Assembly (NCBI GenBank): GCA_973895155.1
Contig: OZ316898.1
Coordinates: 13,171,659 to 13,235,658 of the forward strand
Direction: 5' to 3'
From: Marsupella aquatica
Taxonomy: Eukaryota; Plantae; Marchantiophyta
Length of the DNA stretch: 64,000 nt
Shown here piece after piece: positions 13,464-26,405 of this stretch (position 1 is its first letter; each line of letters opens with the position of its first letter). The notes beneath the pieces were generated by a model. The model saw only the letters and a program-made list of their open reading frames with translations, had not been told where the DNA came from and ran no database searches. Both the position numbers and the translations under genes were made by a program.

Positions 13464-15312
13464 ATGGCAAGATTTGGAGGAGTGAAGTTTGAGGTGGAAA
13501 AGTACGACGGCTGTACTGATTACTTGCTATGGGAGAAGCAAGTCAAGGGTGTTCTTTGTGCCATGGGCTTAGATCATCTGCTCTCTACGCGCGAGCAGTA
13601 TGATGGAGAGGAGGAGATTTCTATGAAGTAGTGGAGATAGGAGCAGGTAATTGTTGTCAATGTAGTGATGCTTTACCTCAAGCCGCATATCATCAAGAAG
13701 CTGGATGATTATGCGGATTGCGCATCACTCTTCAAGGCCTTCAGAGAGAAGTACTACCGGGAAGATGCATCAGATCGGCTGTACAAGAAGTCTCTCTTGA
13801 TGAGCCTCAGGCTCAAGGACGGGAGCAAGTTGTAGGATCACCTAGATGAGTTTGATAGCATGACGGTGGATCTGTCAAACCTAGGTAAGGGAGTTAAAGA
13901 TGAGGATAAGGCCTTGCTTCTGCTAAGCTCCTTACCGCCATCTTATCAGGGCTTGAACCAGGTGCTCTTGTACAGAGATCTGAAGTCTATTTTGTATGAT
14001 GAGGTGGTGAGCTCTCTATTGTCTGATGATGCTCAGAAGAAGCTGGGTCTAGCACAGACAACATCTTCTTCTGGTATTGCGTTGAACGTGAATCATGGAA
14101 AACCAGCGCAGTGCACGAATGGGCATAACAGATTTACATCTATGTCAAGGGGGAGATCTAAATCGAGAGGAAATGTGGCAAGCCAGGCCACATGAAGAGA
14201 GATTGTCGGGTAAAGGACTCTACCCCATCAGCTAATGCGGCATCTAGCGCACATGAGGTAGATTTACTCGATGATGACATTTTATGATGCCATTCCTTTG
14301 CCCTCAACGTAGTATCACATCAGGGAGATGATGGTTGGATACTAGATAGTGCTTGTACCTTTCACATTTGCTATAGGAGAGAGTTTTTCAGCTCTTACAC
14401 GGTTTCCAATGGTTCAATGTTGATGGGAAGTGGAATCTCATGCCAAGTAGTTGGACTTGGATCTGTGAGATTACAGATGTTTGATGGTGTTGTAAGAACA
14501 GTGCAGAATGTGAGAAATATTCCTAGCATGATGCAAAATCTCATTTCACTTGGAATGTTAGAAGCAAATGGCCATCAGTGGAGTTCTGCTAATGATGTTC
14601 TTCAGGTTTCAACCGGTACTAAGGTTGCGTTGAAGGGAAAGAGGCACAAAAATTTGTATGTTTTGGAGGGCAGAGTAGTATGCGATGAAGCCAATATAAC
14701 CTTATCTCATGAAGAGACGGCCCGGCTGTGGCACTTCCGGCTAGGTCACATGAGTGAAAAAGGTTTGGCTGTACTTCTAAAAAGAGGTTTGATTTCTAAT
14801 TTGTAGTCTAGTAAGTTAGATTTCTGTGAGCATTGTGTGCTTGGGAAGCAGCACAGGAAACCCTTTGGAGTTGGAACTCACACTAGCAAGAAGATACTTG
14901 AGTATGTACATAGTGATGTGTGGGGACCAACCCCTACTCCCTCACACTCAAGACGGTTATACTATGTCACGTTCATAGACGATTACTCAACTGAAGGTAT
15001 GTGTGGATCTACTTCCTCCACAACAAGTCTGATGTTTTTGCCACATTTAAGGAGTGAAAAGCCCAAGTTGAGAATCAGATTGGTAACAAGGTGAGATATC
15101 TTCGATCGGATAACGGCGGTGAATACGGTTCCGGGGAATTTGGAACGTATTGTAAGGAGCAGGGGATTACATGTCATCTCACAACAAGTTATACTCCTCA
15201 GCAAAATGATGTTTCTGAGAGGCTCAACCGAATACTATTGGAACGCTCGAGGAGTATGTTGAGTCAATCATGCTTACCACATGAGTTTTGGGCTGAAGCT
15301 GTCAACACTACA
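13464..15312 (+). pseudogene. Copia gag-protease-integrase (5' part), with stops and frameshifts
   Basis: MARFGGVKFEVEKYDG; DKALLLLSSLP; WILDSAC; LWHFRLGHMSEK; YVHSDVWGP; LRSDNGGEY; FWAEAVNT, where element A interrupts. Confidence 0.93.
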
Positions 15313-16202
15313 AACACGCTGACCGACCAAACGATAAGTGTGACGACCAAACGAGAAGTGTGTTTTGATTTTTGCAAAAAACAGCAAAAAATATCTTAAA
15401 TTGATATCAAAAATACAAATTCTTAGATGAATGCAAAATTGGATCCAACATCGAATTCCAAATTGAGATACTTTTTGACAAAAAATGGAAAATCATTAAA
15501 ATCTTGGATTTTAGAACAATTGATCCCATAAATATTTGTCAAACAGAAAACCCATAAAACAATGATTTTCAAGTCCTATTTCCGCGCACTAAATCAATTC
15601 GCCCGGAAAAACTTGAATAACACAAATCTCCATTTGACAAGCAAATCATTCAAACCAAAATGGGATACGCCGTATCCCGTTTCAGATTCATCCGTTGAAA
15701 ATCAAACAAAAACACGCTAAGTTGATCATTTGTGGCCTTTAGTTACCATATCGGGTAAACTAGATTTGAATGTTTACCAAAGGTAAAATGACGTACTGCA
15801 TAAACTTTACTAGTGACCACGGTCGACCAACGCAATCAGTTAAGTTAACTCAAGCAGATGGTTGGACATATTGTAGACCGTTTATTTCCCAACCGCCAAC
15901 CTCCATCTAACAAATTAGAGATATGAATACCAACAAGGATCCATGGATCCCATTTTATTTCCCAAGTCCAAAAAGAACTCAACCAAAAGTCGGGGTGAAT
16001 ACAAAATGGGATCCACGGATCCCATTTGGTATTCACCCTTCCAAATTTGCCATTGTCGAACCCCCGCGTTGCTAAATCAACGTTTGAATACCAATCGGGA
16101 TCCATGGATCCCATTGTCCGATCCAACTCAAGAAACAAACAATTTTGGAATACTCTTTTCTCTCAAAGATCAATTTTCTTCTCGTTTAAAGATTTGTACG
16201 AA

Positions 16203-16248
16203 CCAATGAATGGAAGCCACGTGGACACATTCCCCAAAACTATATAAG
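16203..16248 (+). promoter_or_regulatory. Putative transposase promoter: CCAAT, G-box (CACGTG), TATA
   Basis: Same three elements in the same order and spacing in B (35170-35215, minus strand). Confidence 0.55.
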
Positions 16249-16396
16249 AACAAGCTTGCATACGATTCTGTCTTCAGTTTTTACGACTCATTTTAGGTTC
16301 TCAAATAGTGAGTCTCTATTTTCCTAGATTGGAGTCACCGAAACGTTCCACTCCCCATAGGAATCCTTAGTCTTATAGAACCTTGATACTATCTCA

Positions 16397-18709
16397 ATGG
16401 CGTCTTCAGGTGACGAGTCTATTTATAGTTCTGATGCATCTTTGCCAGATGTTGTTCGCAAATTCATTCCATCTCGTTTGATGAAGGACCAGTTTCACAA
16501 AGAGTTTTGCCAGAGATGTCATTTTCATCAGATTCAGAGAGTTCAGGGTCTGATTTTGAGTCTGGGAGAAGTGTTGTTGGAGCTCCAACATCTTATTATG
16601 TTTCTCCAAGTAAACCACTTAAACGACGTTTGCTTGGGAGAAAGTCCACTGTCATACCCTTAGGTCAGACTAGTTCACCGCAAACCCCTCCAGATGCACC
16701 CAAACGTCGGCCTCGGTTTCTAATGCCAAGAACAATGTTGCCATGTAGGCCCGCCAAGAGATCTCCTCTAGTTTTCCTGATGTCGCGTCCTCCTGGAGTC
16801 CAGATAGCTTTGTCTAGTGTGCAATCGCAGTTTGAGCAAATAAGAAGTTCGACGGTGCTAGAAGTGCCGGCCGCACGAAGAATATCCAGAGGGATCCCTA
16901 CTCGAAGTTTGCGGAATGGAGAGCGTGCATTGCCAATTTCATCTCCTTTGCTACCAAATTCCATTAGTGGAATACCAAGTGGGATCCCACTTGGTATTCC
17001 CTCCTGGAATTTTACTAAATGGCGAGCCAGAATTGCAAATTGGGCGACCTTCGCCTACTGATTTGGTGGGAGGAATGCAAAATGGGATCCATGGATCCCA
17101 CTTGGTATCCCCTCCTGGAATTTTACCAAATGGTGAGCCCAAAATGCGAAGCGGACAACCATTGCCTGCTGATTTGGGGAGAGGAATGCGGAAGGGGATC
17201 CGTGGATCCCACTTGGTATCCCCTCCTGGAATTTTACCAAATGTTGAGCCCGAATTGCGAAGCAGTCAAACTTTGTTAGTCGCTTTGGGTGGAGGAATGA
17301 GACAGGGGATCCGTGGATCCTACTTTGTTTTACACAATGGAAAATTGTCAAGCGCTGCCATAGAACCACAAGTGGGGCAGCTCTCACTTCAAAGTCCAAG
17401 TGGACAAATACAAGTTGGGATCCACAGATCCCATTTCGTGTTCCCATCGGTGATTTCGCCTAGTGGTCAATCAAACGTCAACTTTGGGCTTCGAAGCCCT
17501 TTGGCTTGAATGCAGTGTGAGGTTGCTGGATCTTTGGTAGGACGACCACTTCAAAAGGGAGGAAGGAGATCAAGTGTCACAAATGCTACAGGTGTCCATC
17601 AAATTCCTCACAGATTGTTGCGAAGTGCGTTGCCACAAACTTGCCCAGAAAATTCAAGGCTAGAAGGAAAATTGAAGGTTGTTCAGAGACTATTCAATGG
17701 TCAGGATGATCCGTCTAGTCGAGAGACACCAAGACAAGGAGTACATTCTCAAAGACAAGTGGGGAATACTCCTGTAGAAGCAAGGAATATCGGTAGAAGA
17801 TTTCAGAGAAGAAATCTTTGGGTACCAATTTCTTTTCCAGAAGAATCTGAAGAAGAATCGGAGGTACCAGCCGATGCCGTAGAGGATGCCATAGGGACTG
17901 TTGAAATCTCAAATATTGTTAAAGAGATCCTTGGTCGCGAGAGTGCTCACGAATCAGTCTTAGAAAATGTAGAGAGTGAAAGTAATACTGGAGAAGATCA
18001 AGATACTTTTGTTTTAAGTTCAATGAGTCCCATGGAAAGTAGTGGAGGAGTGAATTCTCCCGACACAATACAGGATAGAGTAGAGGTGAGAAGACCAAGC
18101 AAAAAAATTAGAGACCAGATGATTCGAAAAGATAGGCTTATCAATACAAACTTGAAAAAATGAAAAATTAAAGATATTTTTAAGTATTCCTGTTGTGACA
18201 AGTTTTGCTTGAGGTCTTTAGGTCTAGAAGAATGTTGGAAACAACGTAAGTATTATTTTGGTCTCTCACACTCACAAAAAAACATTCTTTTGCGAGGATG
18301 TATTATGAGTAATTATAATACTTCCCGTGGATATAGTGTGAATGGACAAACTATTTGTAGAGGAGGTTTCAAGAAACCATATTCCATAGGGAATAATAGG
18401 TTGGCTACAATCCATGCAAACATGTTCACCAGGATTGAACGAGATACATTCTGTAAGGAAGACTCGCCTTCATTTCTCAACTTGGTGGAATGGTTGAAAG
18501 ATTTCTTTCAAAAAAACATGGATAGTCTTCCCCATAAAGAAATTCATCACTTGCCAGACAATTGGACAAAGCAAGAGATTCATGAAATTTTTCTCGCCGA
18601 AACAATCTTGCGGGAAGAGCAATATGTTACATATTCTTATTTCTTGCGCGTTTGGAAGAAGAAGTTTTCAAATGTTCGGATTCCCAAAAGGAGTCATTTT
18701 TCCACTTGT
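16397..18709 (+). pseudogene. Element A transposase, 5' part (interrupted by B)
   Basis: MASSGDESIYS start, 37-aa repeats, CCDKFCL...FSTC; homologous to B 35017-32866. Confidence 0.85.
17070..17445. repeat. Palindrome array type II (GGGATCC-N2-GGATCCC), 111-bp period, inside A transposase coding region
   Basis: Cores at 17084, 17195, 17306, 17417; equivalents in B at 34163, 34274, 34385. Confidence 0.9.
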
Positions 18710-19204
18710 AACACGGTGACGGACCAAACGAGAAGTGTGACCACACTTCTCGTTTCACCCGCGGTGAAAAAAGTTTCTAAGGCAAAAAAGTCTTGGATAC
18801 GGAATTAGTGTTCCCACTAAAAACTAGTTTTTCGAATTGAAAAAATGGGAAAAATTGACACGAATACGAAGATGGGATACGGCGTATCCCATTTCGGATC
18901 CAACCGCGGAATTCCCAAAAAACAAACGCAGTAAAAGTGCCGATATTGGTTTACCCGACAAGAATATTCCAAAACGATTCTTCTCAACGGTAACATTAAC
19001 CGACTTCGATGCAACTGTAGTCAAATACTAACCACGGTCAGTGAGAAAACTATAAATAGGAGATCACCTCTTGAGAATTTTACGCTCATTTTTTCTCGCT
19101 CTGTATACTCTTACTCTCGACGAATGCACACCGTCTATACAAACTCGTATTCCCCAAAAATCAGTTTTGACGAATAGGTGAGAATCTTCCTAAAAATGGC
19201 GAGG

Positions 19205-19430
19205 ACGAGTCCCAAATGGGATACGGCGTATCCCGTTTGGGATTCAACCCTCAAATTTCAAGTTTTCGTTTCACATTAGCTAAAAAAGGAGGTTGGATGC
19301 GAAGTGGGATACGAGGTATCCCATGTCGCATCCAACCTCCGAATATGAAGTAGCGTAGGTCTACTCTCAAATATCAAAACGTCAATGTTGAATGCGAAAT
19401 GGGATACGGCGTATCCCGTTTGGGATTCAC
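19205..19430. repeat. Palindrome array type I (GGGATAC-N3-GTATCCC) x3
   Basis: Cores at 19218, 19306, 19401. Confidence 0.9.
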
Positions 19431-19888
19431 TGACTCTTCAAATGTCCAGTTTTGATTGCCCATGTGGTATTTATGTAGAGTTTATTTGAATGATGGGAAA
19501 AACCTTATGGATTACTGATTGTTTCGCAGGCGAAGTTCAACTGAACTGTACGCACTGAAGCTCTTGCTGCCTTTCAGTGACCGACACCCACTCAAGCTTA
19601 AGCTTTCCTTGAAAAACGAAGTTTTCTCTTATGAGTCTAATGGCGGTTCAGAATCAAAACCTTGAGAAACGTGCTCATCGATTGTATAAGCGATTAGTTG
19701 CACTCAAAGTTCTTTGTCCTGGATTAGGCGCGCTATGGACCGGAGGCGTGGATCCACATGATAGTTTGAATCCACTCCTGTGACGCCGCCGGTACGGCGG
19801 TTAATGAGTGATTCGGTCTAACTGCGCTCGGCACGCGCGTTAGGAGTGTCTTAGACCGCTATTATTAGCATAACGATAGTATTTAGGT

Positions 19889-21005
19889 TATCGTGATACG
19901 GGCCTTGCATGAAGAAGAAGCTGGAGGCCATTTCGCGGCGGTCACGACAGCCCGAAAGATTCTGGACTCGGGGTATTGGTGGCCGACGTTGCATCGGGAT
20001 GTACAGCGCTTCATTAAGGGCTGTGACCTGTGTCAGCGGGCTGGGGCCCCGAGACGGGCTCATCATCACCCGCTCACATCTGTGCTCCCATTGGCACCAT
20101 TCAAAAAATGGGGAATTGATTATATCGGGCCGTTTACTCCCGTTACCCGAAGGCAAAGATGCAGGTACATCCTACTAGCTATTGATTACTCCACCAAGTG
20201 GGTCGAAGTGCGGGCTACGGTAAAGGACGATGCCGCAACCAGTGCCAGATTCTTATACAAACAGATTTTCACCCGATTCGGCCCGCCCTTAGAATTGGTA
20301 AGCGACCGTGGAACCCACTTCCTCAATGACACCGTAGCCGAGCTTACGGAGCGTTACCTAGTCAAGCACCGCAAGACTATCCCGTATCATCCTAAAGCCA
20401 ATGGGATGGCGGAGAGAGCAAATGGTATCATTGGGAAGATCCTCAACAAAACTGTAGCTGCGCACAAAACGGATTGGGATGATAAGTTGTACGCAGCGGT
20501 GTACTCGTATAATCTCGCTTACAAAACTACTACGAGTCACAGCCCGTACTTTCTCGTGTTTGGCCAACATTCGTTAGTGCCCGTCGAGTTTGAAGTACAC
20601 ACTCCATGAGTCAGCATTCGGGATCGCTTACCTGAATCTGAAAGTTCGTCAGACCAAGCTTATCAGATTGAAGCCTTGGAAGAAGCACGGCTACTAGCAA
20701 CTCGACACGCCGTGAAGAAACAGGCAACTTTGAAGAAGCAGCACGACAAAGGACTACGGAGGGTCGACGTCGTGGCAGGCGATCTAGTCCTTCTGTACGA
20801 TAGTAGGTACATGCAGTTTCCAGGGAAGCTTCATACCCGGTGGTTAGGGCCCTTCCTTGTCAATCAGATCTACCGTAACGGATCTTTGGAGCTTGCGACG
20901 TATGCCAGCGATTTACTCCCCACGCGAATCAGCTACGATTGTGTAAAAAAGTACCACCATCAAGATGACGACGCCGAGAGTGATGTTCGCGAGGATGCTT
21001 CATAA
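19889..21005 (+). pseudogene. Gypsy integrase fragment (HHCC, rve core, GPY/F region)
   Basis: HEEEAGGHF...CDLCQ; WGIDYIGP; SDRGTHF; YHPKANGMAER; WLGPF. Confidence 0.95.
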
Positions 21006-21020
21006 TTAAGCAGGGAGCTA

Positions 21021-24000
21021 TGTGACGCCGCCGGTATGGCGGTTAATGAGTGATTCGTTCTAACTGTGCTCGGCATGTGCGTTAGGAGTGTCTTAGACCG
21101 CTATTATTAGCATAACGACAGTATTTAGGTAATCATTATGGGTAGGATATCATTAGGCAATAAGGGGGAATTCAGGTTCGGACTGGCGGCTGGTCGCTAT
21201 TCGCACACCCGGGTTACAAGCGTGGAGGGGCCCCTCCCTCGGGTCCGTATAACGAACTTAAGGAAGCGGCCACTGACATGCGCTGACTCAGACCGGCGGA
21301 GTGGCCGGCACACCACAAGCATGAGCGGTTCAGCCTATGGGCGTCAAGGAGACGTCGGGGGATCGACAAGCCCTCAAGGTATAAAAGGGGAGCCAACCCT
21401 TTGTAGTGCACCAGTCCATCAGTCCACGCGCCAGCTTCGACCCCAACTCTCTCGTTCGCTCTAAGTCGCCACTACTATCTCCTTTGAATGTCGCACACGA
21501 TCCTCTCCAGCTCGGCCATTCGATTCTGGACGCAGTTCCTATCTACCGGAAGGCACTTGGCCGACTCATTGAAACACGCCAACCCGCGCCGATACGAAAT
21601 CGAACGCGAGTATGAGAGAGCCATCCGCCTAGCAGGACGACACCACTACATCCTTAACTTTGACTACCCGTCTCAGAGCAAGCTTTAGCGACCTGCAGAG
21701 GTATCCGGGTACTTCTTCAACGGAGACAAATATATCGGGTTTTGGGAAGCATTGCTTCGGCTTCCGAACGAGGTCTTCAATATCCCGGGTACGATCGACT
21801 TGCAGCGACATCACTTCGACCACATCCCTGCTCAGGTTCGGGCTATCATCAACAGCGAGTCTAGCACCACCCGTTGGACAAGGTCGTCTGCACTCGCTTC
21901 GGAGAACTTCTACCAGCACCTACAGAGCTTCATAGGAACTCGGCCAGCAACCAACATGACCAACTCAGTCGTACCCGTACCCGTACCCGTACAACCTCAG
22001 GCTCAGCTTCAGCTTCAGCCTCAGCCGCAGCCTAGCCAAACCCCACCACCGATCGCCCAGCCAGCACAAGTACGCTCCGTCATCAACGCTGTGGATCTTA
22101 GTGATGACGACGAGGCTACCCTACCCTTGACCAGGCGGCCCAGAGGAACAAGCGCTCAGGGGGCCGACACTATATCGTCCCCACCCCCTGCTCTGACCCC
22201 AGGAGCGGCCCCGGCAGACAACATGGTGACCATGGCCGACCCGGGCCCGTTACTAACGGCAGTAGCACTACCCAGGCCCGATCGGGAGGATGGGGAGGTG
22301 TCACCTTCCCCGAGCCAGTCACGGGGGAAGAAGAGGAAGGAATCCGACACTGCATTCGGGTTACCGTTGGCCACGGTAGCCGTGGCCAAGGTGACGATGC
22401 ACCGCATGGGGGAAAACGTTCACAAAAACATCCTCCATCCCAAGCATGCGGTGTACCTGAAGACTCAGGGATTCAAGCACCTCACCTCCCTCCCCTGGAA
22501 CACTTGAAGGTACTACGGGGAGGACATGACGGAGTTTAGCAGGAATTATGACGACGCGCGTCAACATACTCGGCTGCGGGGAAGGAGTATGTCCCTCACG
22601 GAAGAACGGCTTAGGATGATCTTCGGGTTACCCGAAGGTGACAATCAAGTCGAATCACGGGCTCACGGGGGCAAGGGAGCCAAGTACCAATCTTCAAGTT
22701 TTCCCTCAGAGGGAGCAGTGGACAACAGGTTCGTGATGAAGACCTGCCTCATCCCCGAGATAGCTGAGCGACTGGAGTTCCAGAGGTTCGCCCTCCACAT
22801 GATGGAACCCTGGGGGGAGATCTCCGCCGCCCAGGTTATCCAGGTCGAGAACTATCGACCTAGGAGGTGGGCGTTGTACTTCGCTAAGAAATTCCATGAA
22901 GAGATGGAGCGGCGAAGGAAGACGCTGTACATTGGCGGGAAGGCATATTTCGCTAGCCACATTGAGATCATTCTTGAGTGGTACGCCCGGTTTGATCGAC
23001 GAACCCTTCCCCGTGTCAACGTTACAAAGCTGGTCCCAGCTAGGTGGGTTTTTCCGGCCTTGGAGAGACGGCCCCAACCCGAGGCCCGAAGTCCAGCGGA
23101 CACGCCAGCTTCACCCACCCCACCTCCACAAGTAGCTGTAGTCATAACCGAGGAGGTACTGGATGGGTCGGGTGTCGAAACCGTTGATGCGACCCAACAG
23201 GCCTAAGTACAGAAGTCGGTACGGCGGAGGCCTTACCCGAGCCCGGTTCTCCCAAAGACCCACCGGTGGCTATTCTGGAGAACCGGACATTGCTACAAGA
23301 GGACGCTCCAGCCCCTTCCAACGTTACGTCCCCAGGGCTGGACGTCACTGCCCCGACCCCCGCGCGTGTTGACGTCTGCCCGTGCCCAACTCCGAACAGG
23401 CACAACCTGGACCACCCGAAACTCTTCGTACCGGGTACATTTCTGAACGGGCTTCTGGGAGATTTCTCTCATCAGATTGCCCGGGATACCGGGGAGTTCA
23501 TGGCCCGGAAGGTAGCCTGTTCTTCAATTAGGAGTTGGTTGCCGCAGTAAAGGCAGGTCGGGCCCAGTCAGAGGCCCTTCAAAGGATAGAGCGGTACCGA
23601 GTGGAGTCCGTGTACCTAAAGAACGAAGTTGCAGCTCAAGAGGCTGAGCTTTGGCAACTACGACCCAAGGTTGCAGCCGCCGATGAGTTGTTAGCAAAGG
23701 CGCACGCTCTTACCGCCCTAGCCGAACAGGCCAAAGCTGGGAACGAGGCCGAGATTACACGACTCCGGAACCAGATTGACAGTTTGAAGAATCAAACTGT
23801 CACCTGGCAGAAAGACCTGGAGGAGGCCGAGGAACGGGCCCAATGGGACACGGTGGAGATAGCCACGCTGCAGGCCGAGGTGGCGCGGCTCCAAACCGAG
23901 GCCGAGAAGCAGGACCAGCTGGCGGGTAAACTGACAAGTGACGCCCAGCAGTTGGAGGAGGCTTGTCAGGAGGCAGCAGAGGAGACGGACGCGGCGAGGC

Positions 24001-25016
24001 GAGAGAATGAATCTCTGCTGGACCAGGTCTAGCTCCTCAAGGCGGACAGTGACAGGCTTCAAAGGCAGCGGGATGGCCGCTCCCATTCAGGCGGCTCTGG
24101 CAAGCGTGCCAGGAATTAGCGGCGGAGTAGGAATAGATTAGGATTAGGACTAGCTTAGTCAGGCTCTTGGGACAGGCACCTGCCTTCGGTACAGCATTGC
24201 TGCCATGCTGTCCAGCCTGCGTAGATTAGGATCTTCTAATAAGACACAGCCATTTCCGGCCTGACTGTCAGCTTAGTTAAGACCTTAGTCAGTGAATCTT
24301 CGGCGAGAGGACACCCCGTCCCTCGGCCCTTAGTATTTAGTGCACCCCTCGGTAGAGGTAAGGGGGGGTTTTTAGTTGCAGAGTTGGGCGTCCGTGGTAT
24401 GTGCGGGGAGTCCCGACCTCTGGGAATGAAAGAGTACCAAGGGGAGGGGGTAGGACTAAGCTCGCCGAGCGAGTGCAGAGCCGGGCTCCGTTGTAGTGTG
24501 CACCCTCGGCCTTGAACTTGTTCATTCCGGGGCTGTCGGGTCAACTAAGTGTACGCATATGTTCCCTTTGTAGTAAAATTCTTTCCCATCATTTTCCTTC
24601 GTGTAAATCAAGATTGTATGCATGTGCGCGTGTATGTGTGTGGGTTTCTCGTATATGGGTGGCAGCGCCAGGCCGAACGCACTACCCGAGACGTGCACAG
24701 GGTGCAGCCTACGGGTAAGTGATTGCGAGCACAGGTTTAGGACATGTATCATCGAATCCGGATCGAAGGCAGACAGCACGAAGGCTTAGAAGCCCTTAAG
24801 CCGGGGTCGATCCTGCTATCGACTAAGGTACGTTCCGGCGGCGAAACACAAACCATACCTAGGAGGTGTCCGTATTTAGCAGTATGCGCACTGAGCGCTA
24901 GTTTACGAGAATAAGGTGCATTATGTGCTTCCCTTCCTGCCCGAACCCTCAGATTTACGAGGGATGTGCTCGTCTAAGCTGAAGTCTGAGTTAAGGCCGC
25001 AGCCGATGACGTGACA
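21021..25016 (+). repeat. 3' LTR of D (~4.0 kb, GC-rich)
   Basis: Starts with the same 110 bp as the 5' end, follows AAGCAGGGAGCTA, ends in CA before TSD ACTCC; TATAAAAGGGG at ~21380. Confidence 0.75.
21488..24141 (+). pseudogene. Long degenerate ORF inside the LTR of D (Pro/Gln-rich region, Athila/Tat extra-ORF-like domain, coiled coil)
   Basis: In-frame pieces 21488-21688, 21752-22507 and 22526-23206 are separated by single stops, followed by frameshifted 23266-24032. MTEFSRNY...LRGRSMSLTEERLRMIFGLP resembles 'plant transposon protein' domains. Confidence 0.6.
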
Positions 25017-26104
25017 ACTCCGAATAGAGTTTTGTGAAAAAAATGAGGATGGAGTTCCGATTTGGTCGAGGATATGTTTGAGTGGTTGTCTGCACTCTGT
25101 TAATTCTTCTTGTAACTATTGTCGTGATGCCCAAAACAAATATCATCGATTGGCATATTTTTGTTGTCGAATTTGGAATGAAGATTCTTGGATTAACTTA
25201 TCGCGTTGAATTTTCTTGATTAGTATGTAAGTGTTTAGGTGAACGTTCTTGGGTCAAACATTTTGTGAATATATTTTTATTTTGATCAAAGAAATAAAAT
25301 CAGTTTTTCCATCACTGTTTTGTAGGTTGCTGAGAAAGAGCTCACCATCTCATTTATTACTCTAGGTATCCACTCTTATTTTGAAATGGCAGTCACTGAG
25401 AACCCTGTCTTTACAAGGTTAGCGATGTCATTCGATAAAGAGAAGAAACAAATTCAACAAAAAAGTGGCCAAAGGGAATCCGGATGGAAAACCCCTTCAG
25501 AATGTTCATATTGAAGCTTTTGTTAGGATGGAAACACCGAATCTTCCTCCAATCGATTTCTTAGGTTTATTTTCAAGGTCTGACCTAAATTGATTTCAAG
25601 AAGACTGGCACAATCTTGAGAAAGATGAGCAAGCGAGGCTCTTCGAAATGTATGGGGAAGCTTCTAGTCTGGTTTGGAGCCATCTTGAATGGGCTCTTTG
25701 TAAAGACTCTTTTTAAGAATATCAACTTAGTTTTTTTTGTGGCACAATTCCGAATGAATAAAGAGTTACCCGATTCGCTATGCGTAAAATCTATTTGGTT
25801 GAATACAAGGACTTGGGGATATGCCTTATCTCTAGTCCCATCAAGAGAAAAAAATATACATAGACATCCGGACTCCAACCCTACGCTTTTGGATACACAT
25901 TATCGCCTGTGGATACGAAGGTGATAAAGTATAAATAGGAGTGTCTGGTCAGAAAATTACTCTCATTTCTTTTTCTTCTCAACTTTGTTTACCTCCGCGT
26001 TTTTCTCGGGCCGCAACATCTCTATAGCTTTTTGTATTTGCTCGAATCAAAACCAAAAAATAGGTAAAACTTGAAGAAACTCTCCCCTCCTCGTTTGGTT
26101 AATT

Positions 26105-26405
26105 GTTGAATCCTGAGAGGGATACGCCATATCCCCATTTGTATTCAACTCTATTATTTGGCCTTCTTTTCAATATTGAATACGAGATGGGATACCGCGT
26201 ATCCCATCTCGCATTGAACACCCTCTTTTTAGTCTTCCATCCGAACCTCCTCAGCACTCTTTCTTGACTTTGAATACGAACTGGGATACCGCGTATCCCA
26301 TTTCGCATTCAAGTCCCTCTTTTTCGTTAATTGCATCAGACTCTGGACATTTGTTGTTGTTGGATGTGAAGTGGGATACCGCGTATCCCATTTCGCATTC
26401 AACTC
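26105..26405. repeat. Palindrome array type I x4, upstream of B ParB-MTase start
   Basis: Cores at 26119, 26189, 26283, 26373. Confidence 0.9.

Larger units (their letters stand above)
19779..25016 (+). mobile_element. Element D: internally deleted Ty3/Gypsy LTR retrotransposon
   Basis: TGTGAC...GTGACA ends; 5-bp TSD ACTCC; the first 110 bp (19779-19888) recur at 21021-21130 after a purine-rich tract; integrase fragment between. Confidence 0.9.
19640..25209 (+). pseudogene. Element B Cys-rich ORF, split by Gypsy insertion D
   Basis: MAVQNQNLEKRAHRLYKRLV...DSLNPL | RIEFCEKNEDG...GCLHSVNSSCNYC...FCCRIW; matches A 44181-44507. Confidence 0.75.
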
